64,000 nucleotides of DNA from an uncultured bacterium (GTDB lineage: Bacteria; Planctomycetota; UBA1135; GCA-002686595), in the NCBI GenBank assembly GCA_943787795.1, contig CALSNU010000002.1, forward strand, positions 512,001 through 576,000. The letters run 5' to 3'. Below are positions 20,526 through 29,894 of this stretch, piece after piece. Below the pieces are notes generated by a model. The model searched no databases, was not told the DNA's origin, and saw nothing but the letters and a program-made list of their open reading frames with translations. Made by a program: the position numbers and the translations under genes. Position 1 is the stretch's first letter. Every line of letters starts with the position of its first letter.

Positions 20526-21808
20526 CGGCCTGAGCCTGGACGAGGGTCAGGGGCGTCCGGCTCGTGCTCTCCAGGGACCCGCTCCGCGGGACCCGCCGCC
20601 TGCGGTGCCCCGTAGGCCCTGACCAATGACGTGAGTGCCGCCGCCCGCGGCTTGAAGTCGCTCAGCGCCTCGGGTGCCGAGGTCGCGCCCCAGGACCGCT
20701 CCGCCAGGTAGGGGAGGACGCCCGAGAAGGCCTCAACGCCCTCGGCGCCGCGAACCTCCAGCTCTGAGCCGATCACGAGCGAGGAAGCCGCCCGCGCCTG
20801 ATCAGAATCCGCCGCTCCAGGGAAGCGCAGCGGGCTCCAGGAGTAAGCCGCCAGGTCGGGAGAGATGCGCGCCCGCTGCCCGCCAATCTGGGGCCCGCCA
20901 ATCTGGGGCCCGGCGATCTGGGGCTCGGCGATCTGGGGCTCAGGCCTCCAGGATCCGCCGGAGGTGATCAGGGGCCGACCGGCACGAATGAACGGGGTGA
21001 GGTCTGCTGGCTCTCCGGGGCGGCACAGGAGCGGACGCTCGCCTGGCACCTGATCCGCCCCTTGACTTGCGCGGGCGAAGGGCAGATCGCCCGATGGACG
21101 GTCCAGCACGATGGCGATCCCCCGGGCGGCAGCGTCTTCAGCGAGCCCCTGAACGAGCCCTTGAACAAGCGTCTGCTGGCGAACCTTCGACTCCTCGCCT
21201 GCGACGCCCGCGCCCTCGAGCACCAGGCCCTCGAGCACCAGCGCGTTGAACGACCCGAGGAAGAGGAGGTCGAGCAGGCGCTTCGCTGTGGGAAGGTCAA
21301 GCTCTCCGGAGAGCCGGACCGCGCGCCATCGAAAGCGCGGGGCGTCGTCGAGGCGGACGGGCGGCAGCGACCACCCCTGCGCGCCAGTTGGGTCCTCCGT
21401 GGAACCCTGCTCCAGGAGCTGCAGCATCCGCGCTGCCGCGCGGGCGACCCCATCCGGGGTGCGACCCGAGAGGGCCACGTGATCCTCGAACACCTCGATC
21501 GAGAGCGCCTCTGGGCCCTCGCCGACCGCGTCGGCCGTGTAGCCCAGGGTGAGCACGACGTCACCCGACCGCGAGGGAGGAGCCCCCATCACGACCTCCT
21601 GACCGAGCCGCGCCGAGAGCATCTCGGCCATCAGCCCGGCGAGGGGTTCGAGCTCGGCGACCTGGGTCACCACGCGGAGCTCATCCGGAATGACAAACGG
21701 CGAGAAGCGCGGCTGAGCCATGGCCACGCCGGGGACCGTGGGCGGAGGGGGCGGAGGCGTCCAGTCCTGGACGAGGGGAGCGGAGAGCGCGAGGAGGAGG
21801 GTAAGCAC
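20522..21808 (-). CDS. Secreted protein with GH20 N-terminal (domain 2)-like fold and a degenerate barrel
   Basis: Signal peptide; EALSIEV....V.LSG....G...AA..LQL and LDDAPRFRWR motifs; LAERSW near the C-terminus; no HxGGDE catalytic motif. Confidence 0.6.
   Translation of the reverse strand: MLTLLLALSAPLVQDWTPPPPPPTVPGVAMAQPRFSPFVIPDELRVVTQVAELEPLAGLMAEMLSARLGQEVVMGAPPSRSGDVVLTLGYTADAVGEGPEALSIEVFEDHVALSGRTPDGVARAAARMLQLLEQGSTEDPTGAQGWSLPPVRLDDAPRFRWRAVRLSGELDLPTAKRLLDLLFLGSFNALVLEGLVLEGAGVAGEESKVRQQTLVQGLVQGLAEDAAARGIAIVLDRPSGDLPFARASQGADQVPGERPLLCRPGEPADLTPFIRAGRPLITSGGSWRPEPQIAEPQIAGPQIGGPQIGGQRARISPDLAAYSWSPLRFPGAADSDQARAASSLVIGSELEVRGAEGVEAFSGVLPYLAERSWGATSAPEALSDFKPRAAALTSLVRAYGAPQAAGPAERVPGEHEPDAPDPRPGSGR
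20879..20938 (-). repeat. 4 x 15-bp in-frame tandem repeat (PQIAE-PQIAG-PQIGG-PQIGG)
   Basis: CCCGCCAATCTGGGG x2, CCCGGCGATCTGGGG, CTCGGCGATCTGGGG on the + strand. Confidence 0.9.
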
Positions 21809-21990
21809 GGGGTGATCCTAGGCCCCATCCGCCCCGGCGACGACCCCAGGCCACTCCGAGGCCCCATTCGCGAGACACGCCCGAGGGGTTCGGCCCGAAT
21901 GGAAGGGACCAGGTGTCGTGACTTCAGCGGCGCCCGGCGGTCGCTTCAGACCCGACAGTCCGGGCCCTGGGACTCGACGGCGTCGCCCGG

Positions 21991-22080
21991 CTGAGTCCCT
22001 CAACTGAGTCCCTCAACTGGATCCGTCAACTGGATCCCTCAACTGGGTCCCTCAACTGGGTCCCTCAACTGGTCCCCCAG
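21991..22080. repeat. Intergenic 13-bp tandem array (6 copies plus 1 degenerate)
   Basis: CTGAGTCCCTCAA x2, CTGGATCCGTCAA, CTGGATCCCTCAA, CTGGGTCCCTCAA x2, CTGGTCCCCCAG. Confidence 0.95.
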
Positions 22081-22147
22081 CTGCGTGGCGATCCTGGACA
22101 GCCCCGCCCAGGAGCCTCTTCAGGGAGGCGCAGGCGCCCCCCCGGTT

Positions 22148-23029
22148 TCAGCCTCGGCGCGTGTGCTGAAGCGCGAAGGTCAGGGTGCTGTCTACCGCCA
22201 CCTCAAGGGTCTGGATGGACTCGGGGGACTCCAGCGGGTGTGAGGCACCCAACCCGTGATCCGCCCCCTCGATCAGGAGCGCCTCTCCGCGCTGCGCTCG
22301 CTCACTGAGCATCACCGCCGCGTCGTAGGCGACCGTCCCGTCCTCGAGTCCATGAATGGCGAGGAGAGGAGCTTGGAGCCGGCTCGCCGCGGCTGGGATG
22401 TTGAAGCGATCCACGTTCTGCTCGAAGTCCTCGAGGCCGGCGAGGCCCATCCTGTGCACCTGCCCTGTCCGGGCATTCGGGACCGGGAGGTACCCGTCCT
22501 CACGCCAGCGGGCCTTCATGGCCTCATCGAAGCGGTCGGCGTCTCCGATGGCGGCCCAGGTCACGAGGGCGGCCGGTGCCTCTTCAGCCGCCGAGATCAC
22601 CGCCATGCCGCCTCCGCGGCTGTGGCCGAACAGGACCTCCCTCTCCGGATCCACGCCTGGGAGGCTGCGCGCGAAGGTCCGCACCCGCGCCATGTCCTCG
22701 AGCTGGCGCGAGTACGAGTCGTTGAAGAATGCGTCCTCGTCATCCATCGCCATGGGGTCCTCGCCGACACCAGAGCCCGAGGTGTTCATGGAGACGACCA
22801 CGAACCCCGCCGCAGCCAATCGTCGGCTCAGGTGCGGGAAGAACCCCCAGTCCATGAACCCCTTGAAGCCGTGCACGAGGACCACGAAGGGACGGGTCGC
22901 GCCACCGCTGGGGACCTCAGGGGCGTCCGCGAGCTCGACTCGAACTCCAATCCTCCGGCCGGGCTGGTCGGGGTAGGTGAGGAAGATCCGCTCCTGATGG
23001 AGCCTCTCAGGCTGTGCTGGTTCTGCCAT
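22148..23029 (-). CDS. Alpha/beta hydrolase
   Basis: HGFKGFMDWGFFP, GHSRGG nucleophile elbow, IHGLED, GADH. Confidence 0.88.
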   Translation of the reverse strand: MAEPAQPERLHQERIFLTYPDQPGRRIGVRVELADAPEVPSGGATRPFVVLVHGFKGFMDWGFFPHLSRRLAAAGFVVVSMNTSGSGVGEDPMAMDDEDAFFNDSYSRQLEDMARVRTFARSLPGVDPEREVLFGHSRGGGMAVISAAEEAPAALVTWAAIGDADRFDEAMKARWREDGYLPVPNARTGQVHRMGLAGLEDFEQNVDRFNIPAAASRLQAPLLAIHGLEDGTVAYDAAVMLSERAQRGEALLIEGADHGLGASHPLESPESIQTLEVAVDSTLTFALQHTRRG

Positions 23030-23045
23030 GGTGAAGCCGCGGAGG

Positions 23046-23876
23046 TTAGCCCTCCCGGAGATCAAGCAGCGCCTCCAGGTGCGGGAACACCTCGACAATC
23101 CTCCGCCAACCGGGCACCGGCTGCTCGCCAGAGAGGACGAACTTGACCTCGAGCGCCGCCGCGATCCCGCTCGCCGGCGCTGCCCCCTGGTGTCCCGCAT
23201 TGTCGGCGATGACGTAGAGGTCCTCCACATCGGTCGAGATCTCCCGCGCGCGCCGCGCGACCTCCCCGATCCGCGCCGGCTCGTAGGGCCCCTGACCCAC
23301 GAGCCGCAGCATGCCCACCGGTCCGGTCGCTCGGTGCCGGCGCGGCGGCGCATCCCAGCGCTCGTCCTCGTCCAGGTGAGCCAGGGACCACCCCGCCCCC
23401 GCAAGGACATCGAGCGCACGGCGCTCGTACCAGGAGCGGTGCCCCGCGCAAAGGACCAGCGGCGCGGGCGACAGGATGCGCGCGAGGTCCCCCAGGGCGC
23501 GGGCCTCCGATGGCCCGAAGAGCGTCCCGTCGGCGAGCGTCGCCACCAACCCGCCTAACCGCTCGCGGCGGACGAGCGGGGCGATGGAATCCCGGAAGCG
23601 TCCCGCGTCGGCGGCGCGCTCCTCTGGCGCCCTCGAGAGGTCCAGCACCGTGGACGGTACGCGCACGAGGAGCCGCGTTCGGGGTCGATCCTGCAGCGCG
23701 GCTGCCCAGCGCACGATGTGCTCCTCGCGCGGGAGAACGTGGGCTGTGACGTCGACCTCCACGGCCCCGAAGTACTGGCCCAAGAAATTGAGCGGGTCGA
23801 AGTCCAGGCCGCGCTGCAGCGGCCAGGCACGATCCAGCGCAGGGTGCGTCCACCCGGAGGGGCCGATACGGATCAC
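23046..23876 (-). CDS. DUF72 domain protein (divergent)
   Basis: IRIGPSGW....W, F.AVEV, GHRSW, T....MLRL.G, LYVIADN. Confidence 0.7.
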   Translation of the reverse strand: MIRIGPSGWTHPALDRAWPLQRGLDFDPLNFLGQYFGAVEVDVTAHVLPREEHIVRWAAALQDRPRTRLLVRVPSTVLDLSRAPEERAADAGRFRDSIAPLVRRERLGGLVATLADGTLFGPSEARALGDLARILSPAPLVLCAGHRSWYERRALDVLAGAGWSLAHLDEDERWDAPPRRHRATGPVGMLRLVGQGPYEPARIGEVARRAREISTDVEDLYVIADNAGHQGAAPASGIAAALEVKFVLSGEQPVPGWRRIVEVFPHLEALLDLREG

Positions 23877-24665
23877 CAGTCGACCTCCACGCCGAGCCGC
23901 CTCGCGGCCTCGACCTCCGCGGCCACCAGGGCGTCTCCAACCCCCTGGCTCACGGCTCGAAGGTCTTCATCCGTGGCGCCCGGATCCACGGAGATCGGTG
24001 CCCCGATGACCACCTGCACCCGACTGAAGGGCAAGGGGAGCAGGAACCGATCCCACGAGTTCAGGCGCGCGGCGCTGGCAGCGGCGAAGCCGAACGGGAC
24101 GATGGGGAGCCCGGAGTCCCTGGCCAGGAAGGCCGCACCGCGGTTCACGCGATGGATCGGGCCGCGTGGCCCGTCCGGCGTGATGGCGACCGCACCACCC
24201 CCGCTGAGCATCTCGCGCATCGACTTGAGCGCCCGCACGCCGTAGCGGCTTGAGGATCCTCGGAGCGTGCGGTAACCGAGCCGTTCCAGCGTGGTGTTGG
24301 CGAGCTCCCCGTCCCCGGACATGGACACGAGGATGACCGTGTTCACCCCCCGCGAAGACCGGTGCGGCCGCGGCCATCCGCCCGTGCCAGAGGACCGCCA
24401 CGCAGCCATCTCCACCCTCGAGGAGCTCCTCTCGCCGCTCGCTGTTGGCCACCTTGACACGCCACGTCCAGCCGAGCCCGCGCAGCAACGGGGGGACCAT
24501 GAGGGGCACCAGCGGTGACAGTACCCGCCGACGCAGGTCCCGAAAGCGGCGGCGCAGCGGCCCGTTCCGACGGGAACGGTCGCTGCGCTTGTACTGCCAG
24601 CCAGAGTCCGCGGCGCCCCCAGGTGAACGGACGTCCGAGGACTCCCCCTCACGGTCATCGGACAT
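23873..24665 (-). CDS. DUF374 / lysophospholipid acyltransferase family protein (apparent +1 frameshift)
   Basis: N-terminal half (VLWHGR) in one frame, C-terminal half (LVS.S.DGE, RGSS, ITPDGPRGP, SWDRF.LP.PF) in another; the switch falls at the G6 run at 24346-24351. Confidence 0.8.
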
Positions 24666-26938
24666 CACTTGCCTGGGCTCTTGTAGATGCGATGGGGGTC
24701 ATCTCCCAGGCCATCCTCGTCCACAGCGTTGGCGCCCATCGACCAGATCACGTAACCGTCATCCGTCAGCTTGTAGCGCAACTTTCTCCCCCAGCCATCG
24801 CTGATTCCACTCGCGAGGTAGGCGGGCTTGCCGTCGTCGGAGCGCGCGAGCGCCTCGAGGTTCTGTGGCAGCTCGCCATCGTGATCCAGCTGATACATCT
24901 TCACCGCGACCTCCACGCTCATCAGCTGAGACTGTGTATCGGACTCGGCTCCCACGGGGGACGGAGGCTCCGGGATCGAGCCCTCGACCTCCAGGAATTC
25001 GGAGTCGAGCTCGTCCCAGACTTCAATGTCCACAGCGGCGGGCATGAACATCACGGACGCGCTCCCGACCCCGAAGAGGATCGCGGGGATCTCCGGGCCC
25101 AGGGAGGACACCGTGATGTCCATGAACCCGTCGTCGACCTTGACCCAGCGGCGCTCGCTGGCACTGAAGTGGCGCGTCAGAACGTCCATGTCGGGCAGCG
25201 AATCCAGCTTGAAGGGCAGCGGCAGGTCCGCTTCCCCCCCCGCAAGATCGCCGATCATCGGAGCCAGCGCCCGCAGCTGCGTGTAGAGATTGCCGTAGAA
25301 CACCGCCCAATCGGCGAAGCTCACCATGGTCGCGTCACCTGAGAGCTCGGCGGCGCTCAGCCCCGCGTGCACCTCTGCCTCTTGACCCGCCTCGGCCAGC
25401 TTGGCCACCCGGCGCACCTCCCGCTTGGCGTGACTTGGCAAGGTCGAGATCAGCACGCGATCGTCCATGACCGTGACGGTCGGACGGCTGAAGCTGGAGG
25501 GGTCAATGGGCAGGCCCAGCTGCATCCCGCCCTGGCCACCAGCCAGGGCGCTGAAAGACCAGGTGTACACCGTCGCTCCCCGGTACTCGGTGCGCTGCCC
25601 GTCCACGCCGTCCTCCATCATCTCCATGAGACCGTCCATGCCCCGCACAAAGGCCTCGCGGTCGTCGAGGCTCGCGACGGCCATCAGGTTAGGCGCCGAG
25701 AGGAGCGAGCGGAGCTTCGGGAGGCTGTACGAGATCGACCCACCGAGGGGCTCAATCAGGTCGCGGTCGATGCGGAACCCGTACGCAGTCTCCATGCCTT
25801 GCATGACCTCCTCCATCTCCTCCGAGCTGACGTCGTTGGAGGCCTGGACCAGGAGATCAAAGAGCTGCTCCGGGTCAAAGCTAGCCACGGAGGTCACCAG
25901 GGCGTCGGGGTGTGCGAGGGTGAGGCTGGATGGCTGCAGTGGGGTGCCGCCGACCATCTTTAGGCTGGAGATGGGCGGGGAACCAGGAATCCAGCCGGTC
26001 GTCAGATAGCGCCCATCCGCACCGATGCCGAAGTTCCAGTGCCCTCCACGGAGCATCGCGGTCCCCGGAGCGCCGAGCATCAGCTCGGTCATGGTGACCG
26101 CGGGGCCCGCCAAGAGCGCCCAGGTCGGGCCGGCAGGGTCGGTCAGCTCCAGCAGGCTTGAGAGGCCGGCATAGGCAGGGGTGTAGAGCTCCATGACGGT
26201 GGTCCCCTCCGCGGCGCCGAGCCTCTCGCGACCGACCTCGATCTCGGCGGAGAAAGCGCGGGGTGCCGCGCGACTCAACCGCGCGAGCTCCTTGCCGAGG
26301 TCCTCGATCCCGACCGCCATCAGCGCCCGCGTGCCGCCAAAGGCCATGTACTCCGTGGGAGCGTCCACGGATCCGGAGATCTCCATGACCGTGAGCCGCG
26401 GCGAACCGAATGCCCCGCCGTCTCCGTCGAGGCTCATCGCGCGAGTCGCGACCTGTTGCGATCGCCTCCCCACGAAGACGTCGCGCATGACCGTCGTCCA
26501 AGCCTCGCAGGAGGCCTCGTCTTCAAAGTCGACCACGACGCGCAGATCGAGGTCCGGGACCGATGTGTCCCCGTCCAGCAGCCCCACGAGCCCCAACACC
26601 GAGTCTCCCCCCGAACCACCGAGGTCAAGTGACATGGAGACCGATCGGACCCCCTTGTGCAGATCGAGGATCCGGGGGAGCTCCCCCTCCATTCCACGCA
26701 GCTGTGCGACGAGCAGCTCGACCGGATCGACCGGCCCGCTCCCCATGACGTCTCCAAGCGCAGCGTGCAGCTCCTCGTCCGCCATCGTCCGGGCCAGCGC
26801 CGTCCCACCGAAGGCGTCGAGGGCCGCCTGAAGATCGGGGATCACCACGACGAGGTCGGCGCCCTTGGGGTGGAGGTCCTGCGCTGTGGACTCGGGGGAC
26901 TGGGCGGCGAAGAGGGCGAGGGAGAGGAGGATCGACAT
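24665..26938 (-). CDS. Secreted hypothetical protein with C-terminal GspG-like (pseudopilin) domain
   Basis: Signal peptide; large unknown domain; hydrophobic segment; C-terminus MY.LD..G.LP..L..L......YL.....DGWGR...Y......Y.IWSMGAN. Confidence 0.7.
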   Translation of the reverse strand: MSILLSLALFAAQSPESTAQDLHPKGADLVVVIPDLQAALDAFGGTALARTMADEELHAALGDVMGSGPVDPVELLVAQLRGMEGELPRILDLHKGVRSVSMSLDLGGSGGDSVLGLVGLLDGDTSVPDLDLRVVVDFEDEASCEAWTTVMRDVFVGRRSQQVATRAMSLDGDGGAFGSPRLTVMEISGSVDAPTEYMAFGGTRALMAVGIEDLGKELARLSRAAPRAFSAEIEVGRERLGAAEGTTVMELYTPAYAGLSSLLELTDPAGPTWALLAGPAVTMTELMLGAPGTAMLRGGHWNFGIGADGRYLTTGWIPGSPPISSLKMVGGTPLQPSSLTLAHPDALVTSVASFDPEQLFDLLVQASNDVSSEEMEEVMQGMETAYGFRIDRDLIEPLGGSISYSLPKLRSLLSAPNLMAVASLDDREAFVRGMDGLMEMMEDGVDGQRTEYRGATVYTWSFSALAGGQGGMQLGLPIDPSSFSRPTVTVMDDRVLISTLPSHAKREVRRVAKLAEAGQEAEVHAGLSAAELSGDATMVSFADWAVFYGNLYTQLRALAPMIGDLAGGEADLPLPFKLDSLPDMDVLTRHFSASERRWVKVDDGFMDITVSSLGPEIPAILFGVGSASVMFMPAAVDIEVWDELDSEFLEVEGSIPEPPSPVGAESDTQSQLMSVEVAVKMYQLDHDGELPQNLEALARSDDGKPAYLASGISDGWGRKLRYKLTDDGYVIWSMGANAVDEDGLGDDPHRIYKSPGK

Positions 26939-27008
26939 GTTGGGATGCCTCAGGGCAGGGTGCCGGGCTGGGTGCCGGGCTGGGGGGCGGTCGATCAGGT
27001 GAGATCGG

Positions 27009-28478
27009 CTACTTGTTCATGAACGCGCGAAGCTGCTCGTCACGTTCCGAGATGCTCTTGCGAATCGAGGCGAAGATGTTCGCCGTCTCCTCCCGTTTTT
27101 CCATCGCGTCCTTCAACTCCTCGTGAAGGCGTGAGAGTTCGGGGTCCCCACCGTCGACGAGGAACGCGACAAACAGCCCTGACTGGTTGATGAGCCGCGA
27201 GGTCTCCTCGTTCTGGCCGCTCGCCTCAAAGTCGAAGACGTCGTCAAAGTCAAGCAGGCCGCCCTGAGCGTTGAGGTTCGATGCTGACCACTTTCGAGCC
27301 CAGTAGGGGTCGCCACCCCGCTTGATCTGATTGTCCTTGAACCAGCGTGACGCGTAGCACGCCGCGCCCCATCGGAACCACCGGGGGAGCTTGTGGGCAC
27401 GAAGCCGAACCGCGGCGAACTCCGGCGTGACCTCCCCCTCTCCATAGACGTCATCGAGTCCGTCGAAGCAGGGGTCGATGGACTCCACGAAGGAGAGGCC
27501 GTAGGCGAAGCGCGCGTCGTGCAGACCGAACAGATCTCCTGACTCATTCTCCTCGTCCCAGAAGGTCACCCCCATGCCGAGGTACCGCTCCTCGTCAAAG
27601 TCAAACCAGAGGTCTGCGAAGGCGGAGCGATTGAAGGCGGACATCGCCAGCGGGTCGAGCTGTGGGAGGTCGTAGTCGTCGTCGCCGTCCATGAACCGCA
27701 GGTACTCGGACCGACTGCGAACCACCATGAAGGCGGGCTGATCATCCCCTCCGAACCCGAAGACCTTGAGCATGTCAAAGTACGCCTGCTCAGCCTGCTT
27801 GGCCGCCTTCATGGCCGTCTCACGACTGCAGGTGGTCCAGACCGTGGCGCGCTTCTCGGGGATCCTCCACGGCGTCTCGATGTCCCCATGCCACTCGTTG
27901 GCGGCGGCTAAGGGGAGCCACTTGTCATCGCACTTCCAGAGCCCCTCATCGAGCTTGCCGACCTCGTCAGGGGAGACCCAGTTGAGGTCTTGGAGCTTCC
28001 ACCCTTCGGCCAGCCGCTTGCGCGCCACCGGGTCGTACCACTCATCCGTCGCGGCGTCTTTCTTCCACCCCTTGTCGAGGTAGACCACGTCCGCCGGCGA
28101 CACCCACTTGCCGTCGTACTTCACGAGACCGCGCTCCTTGGCGATCTTCGACATGTACCGCTCGAGGGCACGCTCGGAGTCATACCACTTGCCCTCGAAC
28201 TGCACGTGACCGAGCGCCGCGTGGGCCTCCGCGTGGTCCGGCGCAGCCTTGATCACCTTGTTGAGCACGCGCTTGCGGTACTTCTTGCGATCGTCTTCCT
28301 CCAGGGTCCACTCGTAGAGCGCCCACAGCTTCTCAGGGTCGTCTCCAGCCGCCTTGAGCAGGGACTTGTAGTCCTCGACCTCCACGACGATCGAGGGTTC
28401 GCCGATTGGCGCCACACCCGTGAGCGAAGCGACGGAAGCGGTCATGGGCGAGACGGCGAGAAAGAGAGAGATCAGCAT
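27009..28478 (-). CDS. Secreted hypothetical protein
   Basis: Signal-like N-terminus; AH.ALGH..FEGKW / GLVKYDGKWV repeats; LPRWFRWGAACY zincin-like segment; good codon bias. Confidence 0.75.
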   Translation of the reverse strand: MLISLFLAVSPMTASVASLTGVAPIGEPSIVVEVEDYKSLLKAAGDDPEKLWALYEWTLEEDDRKKYRKRVLNKVIKAAPDHAEAHAALGHVQFEGKWYDSERALERYMSKIAKERGLVKYDGKWVSPADVVYLDKGWKKDAATDEWYDPVARKRLAEGWKLQDLNWVSPDEVGKLDEGLWKCDDKWLPLAAANEWHGDIETPWRIPEKRATVWTTCSRETAMKAAKQAEQAYFDMLKVFGFGGDDQPAFMVVRSRSEYLRFMDGDDDYDLPQLDPLAMSAFNRSAFADLWFDFDEERYLGMGVTFWDEENESGDLFGLHDARFAYGLSFVESIDPCFDGLDDVYGEGEVTPEFAAVRLRAHKLPRWFRWGAACYASRWFKDNQIKRGGDPYWARKWSASNLNAQGGLLDFDDVFDFEASGQNEETSRLINQSGLFVAFLVDGGDPELSRLHEELKDAMEKREETANIFASIRKSISERDEQLRAFMNK

Positions 28479-28540
28479 GGAATCTTCAAGTCAACGAGGA
28501 TGCGAGCCGGGCAGCTTGCCCGCTCGGACGATATAGCTCC

Positions 28541-28546
28541 TATAAT
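28541..28546 (+). promoter_or_regulatory. Putative sigma-70 -10 element upstream of the PPIase gene
   Basis: Perfect TATAAT in a GC-rich divergent intergenic region; TTGCCC at 28516-28521 is 19 bp away (suboptimal spacing). Confidence 0.45.
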
Positions 28547-28646
28547 GCCGGGCCATGCGCCAGGGGGGAGACCCCTGGCCGCTCTGAGCCAAGAGAAGCT
28601 CGGGACCCAGTCGAACCCTAAACGCCTCGCACAACAGGCAAGCACG

Positions 28647-29642
28647 ATGGCCAAGCACAAGGCTGCCACCGAAATCACGATCGCCCAGGAAGAGCAGTCC
28701 GCATTCGCGACGCTGGTCTTCAAGTACAAGTGGCCGGCTCTCTCGGCTCTGGCTGTGGGCGCCGCTGCCGTCCTGTACACACAGAGCGCCTCGCAGGCCG
28801 CGACGGAGTCAGAGCGGGCGGTGTGGGGCCAACTGTACGAGGCCTCGACCGCGGATGATCCACAGGCTGCGCTGGAGGCGCTGACCGCCCAGGACACAGA
28901 GGGGGTCGTCGCCGCCTGGGCGTATGTGGATCTGGCCAGGACCCACCTCCAGGATTCGGAGTACGAGGCGGCCATCGCAGCCATCCAGAGCGCTCAAGCG
29001 CTCTCTCCGGCCCTCCTCAGCTCGCTCGAGTTCCCGATCGGGCCCGACGGTTCCGGCCAGTCCATCCTCGACCACCTCGAGGCCAGCGTCGCTCAGGAAG
29101 CCGCCTGGACACTGGAGCACCCGGGCATCTTCGAGAACCCCCCGCTGCCCGAAGGCTCGCCGCGCGTCGAACTCATGACCGATCTTGGGCCGATCATCCT
29201 CGGCCTTGACAGCGCCGCGGCCCCTGGCCATTCAGCGAACTTCCTCACGCTGGTGAAGGATGGCTACTACAACGGCACCCGCTTCCACCGGATCCAACCT
29301 GGCCGCTTCATCCAGGGTGGTGATCCGAACTCCAGGGACGATGACGCGAGCACCTGGGGCCTTGGGGGGCCCGAGAAGACCGTTCCCGCCGAGGAATCCG
29401 GCCTCATCCACGCGGAGGGCGTTCTCGCCGCCGCCAAGGTGTCTGGCGCGGTCAATTCCTCCGGCAGCCAGTTCTACCTGACGGCCTCCCCTCAGCATCA
29501 GTTCGACGGCAACTACGTCGTCTACGGGAGAGTGCTGGAGGGTCTGGACCTCGTGAAGGAAGTCTCCAACGGGGAGATCCGTGAGGAGAAGGCGGAGACC
29601 CCCGTTGAGCCTGTGACGATCATCAGCACCAGGATCCTCTGA
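28647..29642 (+). CDS. Membrane-anchored cyclophilin-type peptidyl-prolyl isomerase with N-terminal TPR-like region
   Basis: TM helix, helical region, then AP.HSANF..L...GYYNGTRFHR......IQGGDP, SSGSQFY, YVVYGRV.EG. Confidence 0.88.
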   Translation: MAKHKAATEITIAQEEQSAFATLVFKYKWPALSALAVGAAAVLYTQSASQAATESERAVWGQLYEASTADDPQAALEALTAQDTEGVVAAWAYVDLARTHLQDSEYEAAIAAIQSAQALSPALLSSLEFPIGPDGSGQSILDHLEASVAQEAAWTLEHPGIFENPPLPEGSPRVELMTDLGPIILGLDSAAAPGHSANFLTLVKDGYYNGTRFHRIQPGRFIQGGDPNSRDDDASTWGLGGPEKTVPAEESGLIHAEGVLAAAKVSGAVNSSGSQFYLTASPQHQFDGNYVVYGRVLEGLDLVKEVSNGEIREEKAETPVEPVTIISTRIL

Positions 29643-29665
29643 TCCGCTTTACCTGCTCCGGCCCG

Positions 29666-29709
29666 ACGAAGAAGGGGCGGTGGACCGTGGTCCACCGCCC
29701 CTTCTTCGT
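29666..29709. terminator. Long perfect hairpin downstream of the PPIase gene
   Basis: ACGAAGAAGGGGCGGTGGACC-GT-GGTCCACCGCCCCTTCTTCGT. Confidence 0.8.
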
Positions 29710-29771
29710 GCCCGGAGGCTGACGGCACCCGCGGCCGATCAGCGATCTCCCCACCTTGCCTTCAGGCTTCA

Positions 29772-29787
29772 TGTTCCACGTGGAACA
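29772..29787. promoter_or_regulatory. parS: parS site 1
   Basis: Perfect palindrome TGTTCCACGTGGAACA (canonical parS consensus) near parB. Confidence 0.95.
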
Positions 29788-29878
29788 CGGAGCTCCCGCC
29801 CGGCGCCACTCCAGCGGCACCCGGTGCTTCGATGGAGAACCAGCATGGCGCGTTCTCGTCCGACCTGGACCCCTGGAG

Positions 29879-29894
29879 TGTTCCACGTGGAACA
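29879..29894. promoter_or_regulatory. parS: parS site 2
   Basis: TGTTCCACGTGGAACA. Confidence 0.95.

Noticed and set aside
21991..22080. 13-bp array as a CRISPR or iteron set
   Set aside because: No spacers; no cas or rep gene nearby. Kept only as a tandem repeat.
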